A stretch of DNA of 64,000 nucleotides from Zancudomyces culisetae HAW-14-8 (taxonomy: Eukaryota; Fungi; Kickxellomycota), in contig JBNJNM010000011.1 of the NCBI GenBank assembly GCA_052426225.1, positions 3,162,001 through 3,226,000 of the forward strand, given 5' to 3'. Below are positions 1-11,643 of the stretch, piece after piece (within the stretch, counting starts at the first letter, position 1; the number at the start of each line of letters is the position of its first letter). The translations under genes were made by a program, and so were the position numbers. A model generated the notes under the pieces. The model worked only from the letters and a program-made list of their open reading frames with translations, searched no databases and was not told the DNA's origin.

Positions 1-94
1 ACTCGTAATAATATTCATAATGACAAACAGATATAACGTTTATTGAATAGAAGTATAGACTAAAAGGAAGTTAGGATTAATAATCAAGTGGAAA

Positions 95-1849
95 TCAGAA
101 ACGATGAACAATTGCATCGACATCAACCAAATCCAACCTAGATAGATCTCTTCCCTGCCATTTATCAGCGCGATACCCAGTTTTTTGAGAAACAGGGTCA
201 TTTGCTATAATTTTTGAGATGTCGTCCAAATCCAATGAGAGAATGTCTTTGACAAATTTTCCCACATCGGTATTTTCCACATTTCCTCGTAGCTGAGAGG
301 CCTTGTAGCCGTATGCATACAAGTTAACATCAACCGCCGAATGTCCGTGCGTAGACCAACCGATCTGGGCACGGGTGGAGACCAGGTCAGACAGGTGTTG
401 TCTGAGTTCGACAATATCAGTCGTATTAGCAAGGTTTACAACTTCTTCTTCAGTATAATCTTTGATTCCATACCACTTGGGCAAAATTGTGCTTTTTAGC
501 AGGTCATACTTGAGTTTGTAGCTAGAAATGGTTGGTATGTCCGAATCTATGTTGTACAAATACTTGGAAACAGTTTCAGATGAGTTTTTAACGTTATGGA
601 GAACGTGGGGGTTCCATAAATACTCAGGGTACTCTTTATTCAGTTGACGAGCCAAGGTGACACCGCCGGTTTCGTGATCAGATACACTTATAAGGACTGT
701 GTTTGGATTGGCGTTGACAAATTGTTTGGCAACATCAATCGCCTTCCAGTATGCCAAAATATCTTGTAAGTGGGCTGCAGGGTCATTTGAGTGAGCTGCC
801 ATATCGATTCTTGAGCCCTCAATCATAACAAAAAATGATGTTTCGTCGCGCTTTGATTGTTTTTTCAATATACTCAAGGCCTTTTCAGTCATCTCCGCCA
901 ACGATGGCTCCTTTAACTTTTCTCGATCAATTTCATAATTCATATGACTCGCTGTAAATAATCCCAATAATGGCAATCGATGCTCCAGTTGCTCAAATTC
1001 CTTCCTTGTTTGTATGACATTAAACCCCTTATTGTTTATTGCTTCCTTGAGCAGATTCCGATTATCCATTCTACACCCGTTCATCTCTGTGCTTGGAACA
1101 AACTTGCAGTATCCACCACCAAGCATCAAATCTACTGTTCTCCCTAAAGAATAATTTCCTATTAAATATTCAGCTATTAAGTCTTCCATGTTTCTATCGA
1201 TAACATGTGCTGCAAACGAACCCGGTGTTGCATGTGTAATTCTACTTGTGGAAACCAAACCTGTGTACATGCCTTTTTTCTTAGCAGCCTCAAGTATTGT
1301 TCCACATGGCCTTTTGTCATCTGTCACACCAATTGCTCCATTGTAGGACTTTAACCCACATGAGAATGCCGTAGCTCCTGCCGCACTATCAGTTATTAAA
1401 CTATCCGAAGATTGAGTTCTTGAACTTCCCACTAGCATTTCATCAAGCGGGCTTCGCCAGTTCACCTTCAGCCCATTCATAGTCTGGTAGTACTGTCTTG
1501 CCAGTGTCTCTGATGCTGGCCCAAATCCGTCCGATATCATAAATATAACATTTATTGGCTCGTCACTTTTGCTTTCCGCTCTTCCCTTATTTTTCTGCGC
1601 TAATCCTCCATCCTTGGCTATTAAAAGCAGGATTAGTGCCATTGTCGAGACCAAAGCACCTCCAAATAACACTGCTGCGACTTTGGGCCAACATTGTTTT
1701 GTTTTTACGATCTTTTCATCACCACCACTGTGGGCAAGTAGTTGTAAATTTACTTCTTTACTGGATTCTACATTTGTTTCAATTTCGTTCCCAAGCTCCA
1801 GCCGAATCTGTGAAATGGAGCCCTCTCTGGGGATATTACTTTGCGACAT
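95..1849 (-). CDS. PHO8: Vacuolar-type alkaline phosphatase (type II membrane anchor)
   Basis: 584-aa ORF with an N-terminal TM segment, the VIFMISDGFG metal motif, the active-site ITDSAAGATA, and HATP, EGSRIDMAAH, SDHETGG and GHSAVDV motifs. Confidence 0.95.
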   Translation of the reverse strand: MSQSNIPREGSISQIRLELGNEIETNVESSKEVNLQLLAHSGGDEKIVKTKQCWPKVAAVLFGGALVSTMALILLLIAKDGGLAQKNKGRAESKSDEPINVIFMISDGFGPASETLARQYYQTMNGLKVNWRSPLDEMLVGSSRTQSSDSLITDSAAGATAFSCGLKSYNGAIGVTDDKRPCGTILEAAKKKGMYTGLVSTSRITHATPGSFAAHVIDRNMEDLIAEYLIGNYSLGRTVDLMLGGGYCKFVPSTEMNGCRMDNRNLLKEAINNKGFNVIQTRKEFEQLEHRLPLLGLFTASHMNYEIDREKLKEPSLAEMTEKALSILKKQSKRDETSFFVMIEGSRIDMAAHSNDPAAHLQDILAYWKAIDVAKQFVNANPNTVLISVSDHETGGVTLARQLNKEYPEYLWNPHVLHNVKNSSETVSKYLYNIDSDIPTISSYKLKYDLLKSTILPKWYGIKDYTEEEVVNLANTTDIVELRQHLSDLVSTRAQIGWSTHGHSAVDVNLYAYGYKASQLRGNVENTDVGKFVKDILSLDLDDISKIIANDPVSQKTGYRADKWQGRDLSRLDLVDVDAIVHRF

Positions 1850-3910
1850 TACTGTCCCTATTGGTTGAAGCGTGTTTTCTTCCTGAAGCGAGATTTTTAA
1901 AGTTTAATCTGGAGCCTCTTCCCCTTAGCTTACTTTGCTAAATTGTAAGTTTACCTATTATATGCTGAATCCCTTGTATTAACCGCCTTAATATAGAATA
2001 CAAGAAATCCCTCGCAAATACTGAAATAGCTCATCCCGTTTTTTCTCTGTCATAAAGGTCTTGTTGACTATTGCATAAAAATAACCGGATTTTTTACATT
2101 TACGTTATTTGTTACAACTTTTACCATAATTTATTCTAAATATTTTATAATGAGGCTTTTTCTTTTAGTGGACTGAAGGAGGTTTTGGGCTTTATTCAAT
2201 AATAAAGGCAAATGAAATAGCGAAAAAAAAGATTATGCCAGTTTCGCAAAATGAATTAGCAAACCAATCAATAGACGACTTCGTGATTCACTTCGCTAGC
2301 AAGATGAGAATAAGGCGAGGGCACGTGAATGATGTGATTTATCGGTTTTGAAGTTTAGGGCGATTTTTACACCTTCTATTGTTTGAAATTCTAGCTCCCT
2401 TGTTGAATCACCAAATCTTCACTGTTCTGAATCATCACTTTTCAGCGCAGCTGTTTGGCCCATTTAGAAATTGTATAGCATCTGCAAAATGTTAGCCTAA
2501 TTACGCACTATATTTCACTAGAAAGTGATAAATGGTAAATTATTTCTCTAAAAGGATAAATGGGCTTTGGAAAGGAATGAAAACACTACACTAAATAATA
2601 CAAACAATTTAACCAGTAAGTCTGCCGTTATGCATATATGCGGGTATTGAAAAGGCTGTAGACACCTACGTGATATAAAGCAAATAGTGCTTTTTCTAGC
2701 CCTTTTTTACCACATTATTTTTTGGGTTTGTTTTATGAGCTCTATATGCAATGCAAAACCAGAGTTACATCCATACCCCCCGTTCGTTGGCAGCTCATGT
2801 TACATCTATAACAATTAGTGTGCCAAAAAAAACGCATTAGAGGTAACCTTTCAGGCGCTTTTAAAAAGAGCATCATTGTTGCAAAAAATTGCTTATAAAA
2901 CTGATCAAACTTTGCCCGCTATACACAAATCGGGATTGGTGTATTATCGTGCTATCCAGTTTCAAAAAGTAATGCATTGTACGTGGTTTTCTATTTTTGT
3001 GCTACTAACTCCCACCAAAACTCAATGTAATGTATTTAAACATTCAGGCAGAAAGAAAAATACATTTGTCTTTTTCTGCAAGTCACGATATCTATGGCTT
3101 AGTTGCTCCAGTATCCAAAAATATCCACATAACAAAAATAAAACACCGATCCAAACACACTACTTCTTATGCTCTTTCGATTAAATACTGGGTGTCAATG
3201 TCAAAAAAAAAAAGAAAAAAATGAGTGACCACCCAAACTTCTGATATTGCACACTTCACACACCATAGTTGGTTCAGTGGAAAGGCACATAAATTCAACC
3301 TCCTCAGAAGCAATAACTATCAGACCAGTATTTGGAGAAGCCCTATAACCCTGTCCACATTGATAGTTACTTGTTCACTTCCCAGTTCCTCTAGCGTGCC
3401 AGGTAACTTTCTATCATCTAAACTTGAAAATCAAAATATAAAAAAAATCAACAACTTGATAGGCTATTTGTTTTGTCCAACAAATCACATGCATATTGTA
3501 CAGAAACAAAAAGACACGTTCACAAATAGCTGAGATTTTGAGCAAAAACTATCACCCCAATCAGAATAGCGACAAATAAAAAGACAAATATAAAGCAGAT
3601 GTAGAGGCTATATGGCGATGATAGGAACCGATGGTTTGTATACAAACCAAATATCTAAGTGGTGAAGTTAGCTATCGATTGGATTACCAGACCCTTTTAA
3701 TGAGTGATATTTGCTTTTTTTATCTGTTTATGTCAAGCAACGCGGGATTTTGGCTATTGAATTTCGAATCTCATTGACACTCCTAATTTTAGATATAGAA
3801 AGTGAACGTGAAGTAAAAACGGTTTGAAATCTTGTTTATATAGATACAAGCGGAATACAGTATAATGATTCTCAAATAAACCAACAAGTAAGAGTACTAA
3901 GGAATAGAAA

Positions 3911-5026
3911 ATGCGAGAAATTATAAGCAAGACAGCACTCGAAATTGTATTGGAAGACGACAAGATAATCCTAAACGGCGGTCCTGACAAAGCATCACCG
4001 ATATACATCACGGGGTATGTGATATTAAAGATTATCAGAAAAACAAAAGTGCGGAGGCTCTTTGTTCAACTAAAAGGCTCATATAACATAGAGTCTGAAC
4101 GAAACAGTACATTTCATTTTGTACATTTTCAAAAAAACAGCGATTCCAGAGCCCTCTATCAGAACAGATATAACTTGTTAGATTTTGGAGAGGGTGGAAA
4201 AAAGCTTACAAGGGGTATATATAAACATAACTTTCAGTTCATGCTGCCTGGGGATATCACAGAAAGTGTAAAAACACAGTTCGGATGCATAGAATACTGG
4301 ATAAAAGCCAGCTTAGAAAAGCCTCTTCTCAGAATAAACAGCAAAGCACGGGTTCCGATATATGTAAAGCGCATGATATGTGATGGATTGACTTTTCCTA
4401 ATACCATAGAAGTTGTGCCAGAAATCAATGGGTTCTGGAAGAAAAAGGTACGGATTGAGTTTATCACAGAGTCCAATATGGTGGGTGACGGCCAAAGTGT
4501 TGGAATCACAATAAAGATGCAGAGACTAGTTAATGACATTGCACCAATCTCTTACGGCGCAGTTTTAAAAGAATATATTGAAACAGAGAACCTAGCCAAC
4601 GGTACCAGAGCAAAGTCCTTAAATGTCATTTGTAAAAAAGAAATTAAACTGCTCAGGCACCTTAGTCAAAAAGATATAAACATGCTACTTGCAGGAAACT
4701 TCGGGAGAAAAAGTGAACATAGACTAAATATCACGATTCCGAAGGCATACAAGGAAGTCCAGTTTGACGCAGCCAATTCATTTGTAAAGATATTCCACAC
4801 TATTGAGATATATGTAAAGCTTGTCGACACTTATTACAACACAAAGACATTTTCCTCGACAAGGTTAATAAAAATTATGCCCAAGGAATCTCTTATGTTT
4901 TTTGAGAATCTCCCTTCATACGAGAATGATACACACTCTATTCTATGGGAGTCGCCGCCCGCATACAGCAATCAAAATCCATTTGATGGCGAAGCCGAGC
5001 CTGAGCGCACTAAAGCCTCAGCATGA
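3911..5026 (+). CDS. Alpha-arrestin (ART-type ubiquitin-ligase adaptor)
   Basis: Arrestin-N pattern (ITGYVILK; GIYKHNFQFMLPGDITES; GCIEYWIKA) and C-terminal PY motifs LPSY and PPAY. Confidence 0.85.
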   Translation: MREIISKTALEIVLEDDKIILNGGPDKASPIYITGYVILKIIRKTKVRRLFVQLKGSYNIESERNSTFHFVHFQKNSDSRALYQNRYNLLDFGEGGKKLTRGIYKHNFQFMLPGDITESVKTQFGCIEYWIKASLEKPLLRINSKARVPIYVKRMICDGLTFPNTIEVVPEINGFWKKKVRIEFITESNMVGDGQSVGITIKMQRLVNDIAPISYGAVLKEYIETENLANGTRAKSLNVICKKEIKLLRHLSQKDINMLLAGNFGRKSEHRLNITIPKAYKEVQFDAANSFVKIFHTIEIYVKLVDTYYNTKTFSSTRLIKIMPKESLMFFENLPSYENDTHSILWESPPAYSNQNPFDGEAEPERTKASA

Positions 5027-5473
5027 TAATTTTAGAGCTTAGACTATTTGGTTTTTATAATTTTTTTTACAGGTATTTGAGAACTTTTAATAGCATGAAA
5101 GGAGGTGAGTAATTACTTTGTATTTGTACATTTTAAATTTATTATGTATTTATCACAGCCTTTGCGCGAATAACTAGGCAGGAATAAACTGCTTTCGAGA
5201 TTGATGGGATCATCACTACTTTTGCCATTTAATTCATCACACAAGCTTTATTGCACATGCATTTGATTGGAGTAGTGAATTTGCAGCCAATGAAAAATGC
5301 AACTCTAAACAAAAATGAAATGACTCCTCAGGCATTTAAGATTCAAGTCTCATTTCATCAAGCAAAAAAAAAAGCTCAAGTCTCCTCCTCCCCTCGCCTA
5401 TCGCCTTCTGTTTTTTTAGTAGATAGATTGGCGAGAGATCGTGATAGTTTGATTCTTTTTAAAGAGGCGGAAA

Positions 5474-6172
5474 ATGGGGCACAGGACAAGTTCAATCCGA
5501 GTATTTATGATCTTCTTCCTAGTAACTATACTAGGAATCGTTGTTCAATTCAACTATCCAATTAAGGGCGGACCATCGGCTATGGCAAATGAAGCGAACG
5601 CTTTTGGCGATAATACGGTGATTAAACTTTTAACTAACAAAAGAAACCCTCTTAACGTCTACGTAAATAAATTTGGATGGGGTTGGACAACCGCTGTGTT
5701 CGGGGTATACCTGATAAATTCAAATTCCAATAGAAAGTATACCAAGGTCAAGAAATACTTGATAGCAACGACATACTGGCTTCTATTGGCCAAATGGTTT
5801 TTTGGGCCTCCGATTCTTGATCGGTTATTTGTGTACACAGGAGGGTACTGTGCTACATCTGAAACGATCATTTACACTATAAACACTCAAATGGGATGCA
5901 AAAAAATGAAAGGCAGATGGGTAGGGGGGCTGGATATTTCTGGTCACTGCTTTCTGCTGATTCATGGTTCTTTATTTTTGTACGAAAATAGTATAAAAAC
6001 GACTAAAAAGCTTGGTATATACAACTATCTAGGGATAACATTGATACTACTATTTGGAACACAGGTATTTATAACATCATGGTTGTACCACAATTATCTA
6101 GAATCGCTCTTGGGGGCTCTATTTGGTCTGTTCGGGTATATGTTTACCGAGTATCTAAATTTATCGATTTAG
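5474..6172 (+). CDS. SCS3: FIT family (Scs3/Yft2/FIT2) ER acyl-CoA diphosphatase
   Basis: Multi-TM 232-aa ORF with NKRNPLNVYVNKFGWGWT, WFFGPPILDR, GLDISGHCFLL and YH motifs typical of FIT proteins. Confidence 0.9.
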   Translation: MGHRTSSIRVFMIFFLVTILGIVVQFNYPIKGGPSAMANEANAFGDNTVIKLLTNKRNPLNVYVNKFGWGWTTAVFGVYLINSNSNRKYTKVKKYLIATTYWLLLAKWFFGPPILDRLFVYTGGYCATSETIIYTINTQMGCKKMKGRWVGGLDISGHCFLLIHGSLFLYENSIKTTKKLGIYNYLGITLILLFGTQVFITSWLYHNYLESLLGALFGLFGYMFTEYLNLSI

Positions 6173-7356
6173 AAGCTCTGCGTTTTCATCCCAAAACTTT
6201 TCTCCAATTATATCTACGTGCAGCGGTTCAACTCGCTTCTTGGTTCGGATTATAGTATCACCCTCAGGACCTACTTGCTCAACAACCTGATCCTGCCGTA
6301 TCAATATGGTTCCTTTGCGAAAAATTTGTGGGATATTGTTATAGTTAATTTGAAATTTAGAGAACAATAGCTCGTTTTTGTCTGATGACAGGGTCCCCTA
6401 TTTTGTAAAGTTCAGCTCATGGGTTACTTCGGTTAAATTAACTTTTATTTTTGTCGCCATTACCACTGACATATTTATATAATCTAATAAATGCCTTACT
6501 GCTAATATTTTCTCGGCCTCCTTTTTGCCGGTACCTGAATTAACTAGGCTCCAAAAACAAGTGTTGTAAAGATTGTTTATATGACCTATAAATACAAATA
6601 GCTACTCTGTCAAGCCCAATAAATCTTTGCTATACAACTTTTACAATATATATATATTATACCAAGTATGGCCTCTTACAATCGACCTGTCGCCATTTCA
6701 GGTAGTCCTTTAGTATCTTTTCGCTAGGATAGACAACTATTCTTGCATCGAAGGCTGGTGGATATTTCAATTCAACCGATGGGAAATACTGCTTCCAATA
6801 GAATGTATAGCTAGAGGAAAACTGTCCGCATATTACACTGGTGATCTTGCTATCATAATACCATTCAAATCATGATGAACGCTGCTTAAATGCTTTTATT
6901 TTTATATGGGTTTACCAACTATCTTTTAATGACAAAAAGATAAAATAAAGAGAAATTACCTGACTCTCCGCATAAAATATTTACTTTTTTTACTGAATAC
7001 AAAGCTATTTTATCACATTTCTGTTGTAAGAATAAAGCTATCACAAATATCGGGTTAATATCAAAGCGTACATTCTAGAATTCGCAAATGTCTTAAAGAT
7101 CAAAAGAAAAAGTTTTATACCTGTATTCGTCGCTTTGACCATAGGAAAATATAATATCCGAAACTTTAGACATTATTCTCTGTGCACAAAAGTTCATCAG
7201 TTCTAGGGCCTTGATATCATTCGGCTTTTCAAAGCCATGATCAGCTGAAAATTTTGTAAAATTCTGTCCATCGAGCCTGACAACCATAAATGTCATGGGA
7301 AGCACCGCTTCAAACGTTTCAAATTCTCTTACGTATTCATATTTCGAGTTGGCCAT
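6161..7356 (-). CDS. THG1: tRNA(His) guanylyltransferase, 5 exons
   Basis: Exon 1 gives MANSKYEYVREFE...VVRLDG...YGQSDEY. Manually spliced GT-AG exons give SFVF, [41 protein letters not shown] and FRKGT. Confidence 0.95.
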
Positions 7357-7779
7357 GCTTGGTCCAGTCTGGTTTTGGTTTTGATTTTGATTTTGATTTT
7401 AGCTTTAGTTCGTTTTTGTTGGTTTTTTGCTTTCGAGTTTCGACTTTGAGTTTATAGCAAAGAAAATATTTCACAAAAAAAAATTAATTCTGAAATCAAA
7501 TTTGGGCATTATATTTCGCTTCCACTTCTTTGATTTTGAGCTAAAATCGCCACCCGATGCTGCATATTATATACAGTTACACGCTGTATCATTTGTTCGA
7601 ATTACATGTCGCGCAAACTCAACATGTAATTAATCAAAATTCACTGGCAAATATTCGCTTTAATGATCAATGACACCATTTATTTAGCTCTTATAAAAAA
7701 AAGTCAGAGAGTCAGAGTCATCTCCAATAAAAAAAGATACGATAATTAATAAATTAAGCTGAAAGTTAACTAAGTCAAT

Positions 7780-9205
7780 CTATGCCCTTAAAAATAAAAG
7801 GTAGTATACCAACAAGAAAAGTGAGAAAAGCACAGAAATAATAACCGAATACCTCGGAACATAATCGAAAAATACGCTATATTTTACTTTCAGTTGAACA
7901 TTCTTTTCAAGGATATCCAGTTTTTTAAGGAAGACAGCGTCTGTTGGTGCAATCTTTTGCTTCATTACTCTAATGTATCGCAAAAATATCTTGTAAACGC
8001 CATTCATATCGCTTGACTCATATATCAACCGAATAGCCTCAGTCTTGCGAATTTTTACGTTTTCGCTCATCACCTTTGGATTGTTCAAGCACAATGTGAT
8101 CGTTGCTATTGCCATTGTCTGTGGAATTGCACAAAAACTAAATATGGTACGATCGTGTATTTGGCTCAAATAATCCAAAACATCTGGAATATGCTCGATA
8201 GCATTTAGGCACAATTCGTTGAGACAGTTGACACCCTAATTGATTCAACAGAATGTGTATATTCTTAGTAACAAGTACAAATTTAACACATTAATTTTTT
8301 TTTCTTAGTTCTTACCTGAGTTAAATACTTATCGTTGATCAGGTCCCCAACAAGGTTTACATGCTTGCTCCAAACCTCTATGGGCCAAAATCTTCGATCG
8401 TCGATTACATCCTCAAATACATCTCTTATAATATTTGTTTTTTGCAAGAATAATCCCATGCTGTTGGAAAGTGCCTCAAGCTTTTCTATTCCAGAAGGTT
8501 CAAGCCCAGAGGCTACAAAAAGTTGACTAAGCCCAATCCCCACTAATCCTGCAACATAGTGGCAGTACTCGTTCCAGTCCTCCACTGTGTTTACCTTCTT
8601 TGTCGTATACTTCGACATTCCCATTCCCATTTCCCGGGTTATCTTTGCAATTACATCTTGGTATTCTTTTTTTAAGTTCAAAAACTCTGTGATTACTACA
8701 TCGAACTCTATCAACAACGGTGCGTCCTCCTCGTTGGGACCAGCTATAAGAAAATAATAAAGGATATTTGTTAGTGAATTCTTAACGTACCAGATATCAA
8801 CATTTACACAGCTGGCCATTGGATAGGCAAGAATGAAAAAAGGAAAAACTTACAGTCAGCAAAGCTCCAGCCTCTTATATAAAGCTTTTCATAAAATGTT
8901 TCCAGTACCTCTTTCTTGTACTTTATTTCGAGAGTCATATCGTCTTCAACGGTATCGAGCCCTCTCAAAACCAGATAGTAGATACAAATTACATCTTTCA
9001 ACTCTGGGTGCAATTCCTGGATCACCGCTGCAAACGATCTGGATGTCTGCTCCAAGTATTGATAGCAACGAATCAGTTCGCTTGAGCATTTGAGCTTCTG
9101 GATCTTTTCTTCTGCTGAAGCGTGTCTCAATAAATACAATACCGAGGTTACAACCTCCTCGGGATTCATCACCGCCTGGACCGTCCTTAGGATCTTTGAA
9201 CTCAT
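7780..9205 (-). CDS. ERG9: Squalene synthase, 3 exons (9205-8854, 8743-8316, 8235-7780)
   Basis: TSRSFAAVI, YLVLRGLDTVEDD, YCHYVAGLVGIGL, MGLFLQKTNIIRD and FCAIPQTMAIAT motifs, a C-terminal TM anchor, and GT-AG introns that keep frame. Confidence 0.96.
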
Positions 9206-10341
9206 TTTCACACAATTCTTCTTTTTATATCGATTCAGTAGGGTACTATAGATTCTATACTCAGTAGAGAGTGTACTCTATCACAATCGGTGAGTTGAAG
9301 ATTTAAGTCTAAATGCGTATTTATTCTTATACAAAATAAAGAAAAATTTTTTTTGTTTACTATGTAACACAGACTTATTAGTCTGAATGGAAACATAGCG
9401 GTTTATTTAGGATTTTTTGAGCCCCGAGTTTGATTTGACCCTTTGAAAAAATCAGGACAAAAAAAAGATCCTTGACTACAGTCCATTCGCTAAAAAATTA
9501 ATACTTATCAATTAATCCATGTTATCATTCGTGGGTTGCATTTACGATGGTTTGCTCATTTAGTCGAAAAATCAAAAATCGAGTGCCATGAAACCAGGTG
9601 AGCAGTTTCATGGCTTTTGTGGAAACTAAAAGGGGGACTGAGTGGAGGGGACATTGTCGATATTATCTCATCAATTTGATACAATAATAAGGTTAAAAAA
9701 GGAGGGAACTGCACGTGTTGCCTCATACTTGACCCTCTTATTATGAAAATGTTTGATATTGTACTTACTACATTTTGCACTATTTCAGTGCAGTAATGTC
9801 TGCTTAGATTAATTAAGAAATCCATCAATAAACATTTTGTTATTTATAAGCTACCAGTTTATAGCTATTGTTGTCCTTCCATAGCAGAGAGCGCTCCCAA
9901 TTTTACACGCATCGCGTTTGTATCACTGTAATAGCTTTGCTGGGATCCAAGAATTATACAAGCGAAGTTCAGACTTATTCATTAAAATACGTGAAAAACG
10001 TTATTTTTAAGTTTTATGATATAAACTTGTAGAACCACACGCTTTGATGTTTTTTGCATAGAGAATCGCCCACTACAAGCAATGCACTGGGTCAAAAGTA
10101 CAAATACGTACGTACCAAAACTCTCTTTCAGAGCACCTACGTGTTCAAAACAAACATATAAAACTATATTGATCAGCTATACATTATAGCCACAGCAAAA
10201 TCGATAATTTTATTCATAATAATATCAAAATGATAATAAACTGGATAGCAAATTAAATATATTGTTACATGGCGCAGATATTTCTCAAAACCTCGCCTTT
10301 TGGTTTGCTTTGATCATCTACAAGAATTGTAAAACCAAAAG

Positions 10342-11643
10342 TTACTCCAGATAATTTACCCAAAAATTGGGCCCATCGGGGTGTATGGTATTATTTTTGT
10401 TTAGTGGCCTACACACAACTCTTCCTGAGCCATTGACGTATTTGATTGGCTCATCTACCCCCTCTGCTAGTTTGTATTCATAGTCCCCATTCATCAATTT
10501 GAAGTCACGTAGTACATATGGCACATGTACACTAGGTACAACCACTATCTTTCTAAAACCATTTTTCCAAAAATCGTTACACAACAGCGAGCATTCAGAT
10601 GCTGAACATTCACCTGTTTGTAAATTTGATCTCCTAAAGCGAATATTTGCGGGCTGTTCAAATGGTTCGGGATTCATCACAGCTACACCATTCCAACAAC
10701 ACTGTGCTTGAAACGGTAGCTTTTTTTTTGATCTTTCCTTTGTAGTCTTTTCTACCAACATATTATTTATGTCGGCTTGAAATTTGTAACCCGCAATATC
10801 TCTTGCTATCCATACATCCCTAAACTTCTTGATGAATTGAGCTTTTCCTTTTTTTTTCTGCTTACGGTAGATTATATCCAGCGGACATACCATATCTGCC
10901 TTTTGTATACTTGATTGTAACAGCAGTTCTAGAATGTCATTCCTGCAAAATATGATATCATTCAGAAATACGATTTTGTCGTATTTAATTTTGGGCTTAG
11001 AGGTTGTATGTTTGAAAAACGGTTCTAGCGCTTTGTTGCGCACTTTAGCCAAATAATCTATACGGTGAAATATTTCTGGTCTCTTGTTTTCATCAAGCGA
11101 GAATTCATGAGATACTTTCAGTACAGTCAATAGTTCTGAAAAATCGCGTAATATTTTTTTTGTTTTGTCAGTAGACCCATTTTCGTGAATTGAAAAAAAT
11201 ACATTCGAAAATCCCAGAAACCGGAACACTCTAACCATTTCTCTAATAAAGTTTGGTAATATTTTCTCGTTGTTGTATAGATTTGCGGCAAAAAAGTATT
11301 TTGGAGCCGGACCTGGGCTGTTATTAGATTCAAGTTTTTGGTAATAATACGTTTGGTTGTTTGCCACAACTTTGTGAACCGTGTAGTGCCTACTTGGGGG
11401 AAGAAGCTGTAAATATCTACCACGTAGCTCTCGTGAATTATCAAACTTTAACCTTTGATCCGTGCCACACATATCAGTTTTTTGAAGATCTACGTCGATA
11501 TATGCGTTAAATACCTCATCTTCAATAGTTGTCTGTTTTTCGAGTTTGTTATACACATGTCTTAGTATAAATATTAAAGCAACCACAAACACTGCCACTG
11601 CTATACTTCTCCGTGTGCTCTTTTTCTTTGGTGTGTTAAGCAT
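10342..11643 (-). CDS. GT69 (CAP59/CMT1-like) alpha-1,3-mannosyltransferase
   Basis: Type II TM anchor plus FFAANLYNNE, SIHENGSTDKT, RIDYLAKVRNKALEP, VFLND, CCWNG and SECSLLCND motifs. Confidence 0.9.
   Translation of the reverse strand: MLNTPKKKSTRRSIAVAVFVVALIFILRHVYNKLEKQTTIEDEVFNAYIDVDLQKTDMCGTDQRLKFDNSRELRGRYLQLLPPSRHYTVHKVVANNQTYYYQKLESNNSPGPAPKYFFAANLYNNEKILPNFIREMVRVFRFLGFSNVFFSIHENGSTDKTKKILRDFSELLTVLKVSHEFSLDENKRPEIFHRIDYLAKVRNKALEPFFKHTTSKPKIKYDKIVFLNDIIFCRNDILELLLQSSIQKADMVCPLDIIYRKQKKKGKAQFIKKFRDVWIARDIAGYKFQADINNMLVEKTTKERSKKKLPFQAQCCWNGVAVMNPEPFEQPANIRFRRSNLQTGECSASECSLLCNDFWKNGFRKIVVVPSVHVPYVLRDFKLMNGDYEYKLAEGVDEPIKYVNGSGRVVCRPLNKNNTIHPDGPNFWVNYLE

Noticed and set aside
2322-2327. 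CACGTG (Pho4-like) upstream of PHO8, with another at 63585-63590 upstream of PHO89
   Set aside because: A 6-mer is expected several times by chance in 64 kb, and copies also occur at 9712 and 60553 next to non-phosphate genes. The two PHO genes are 60 kb apart, so this is not a cluster.
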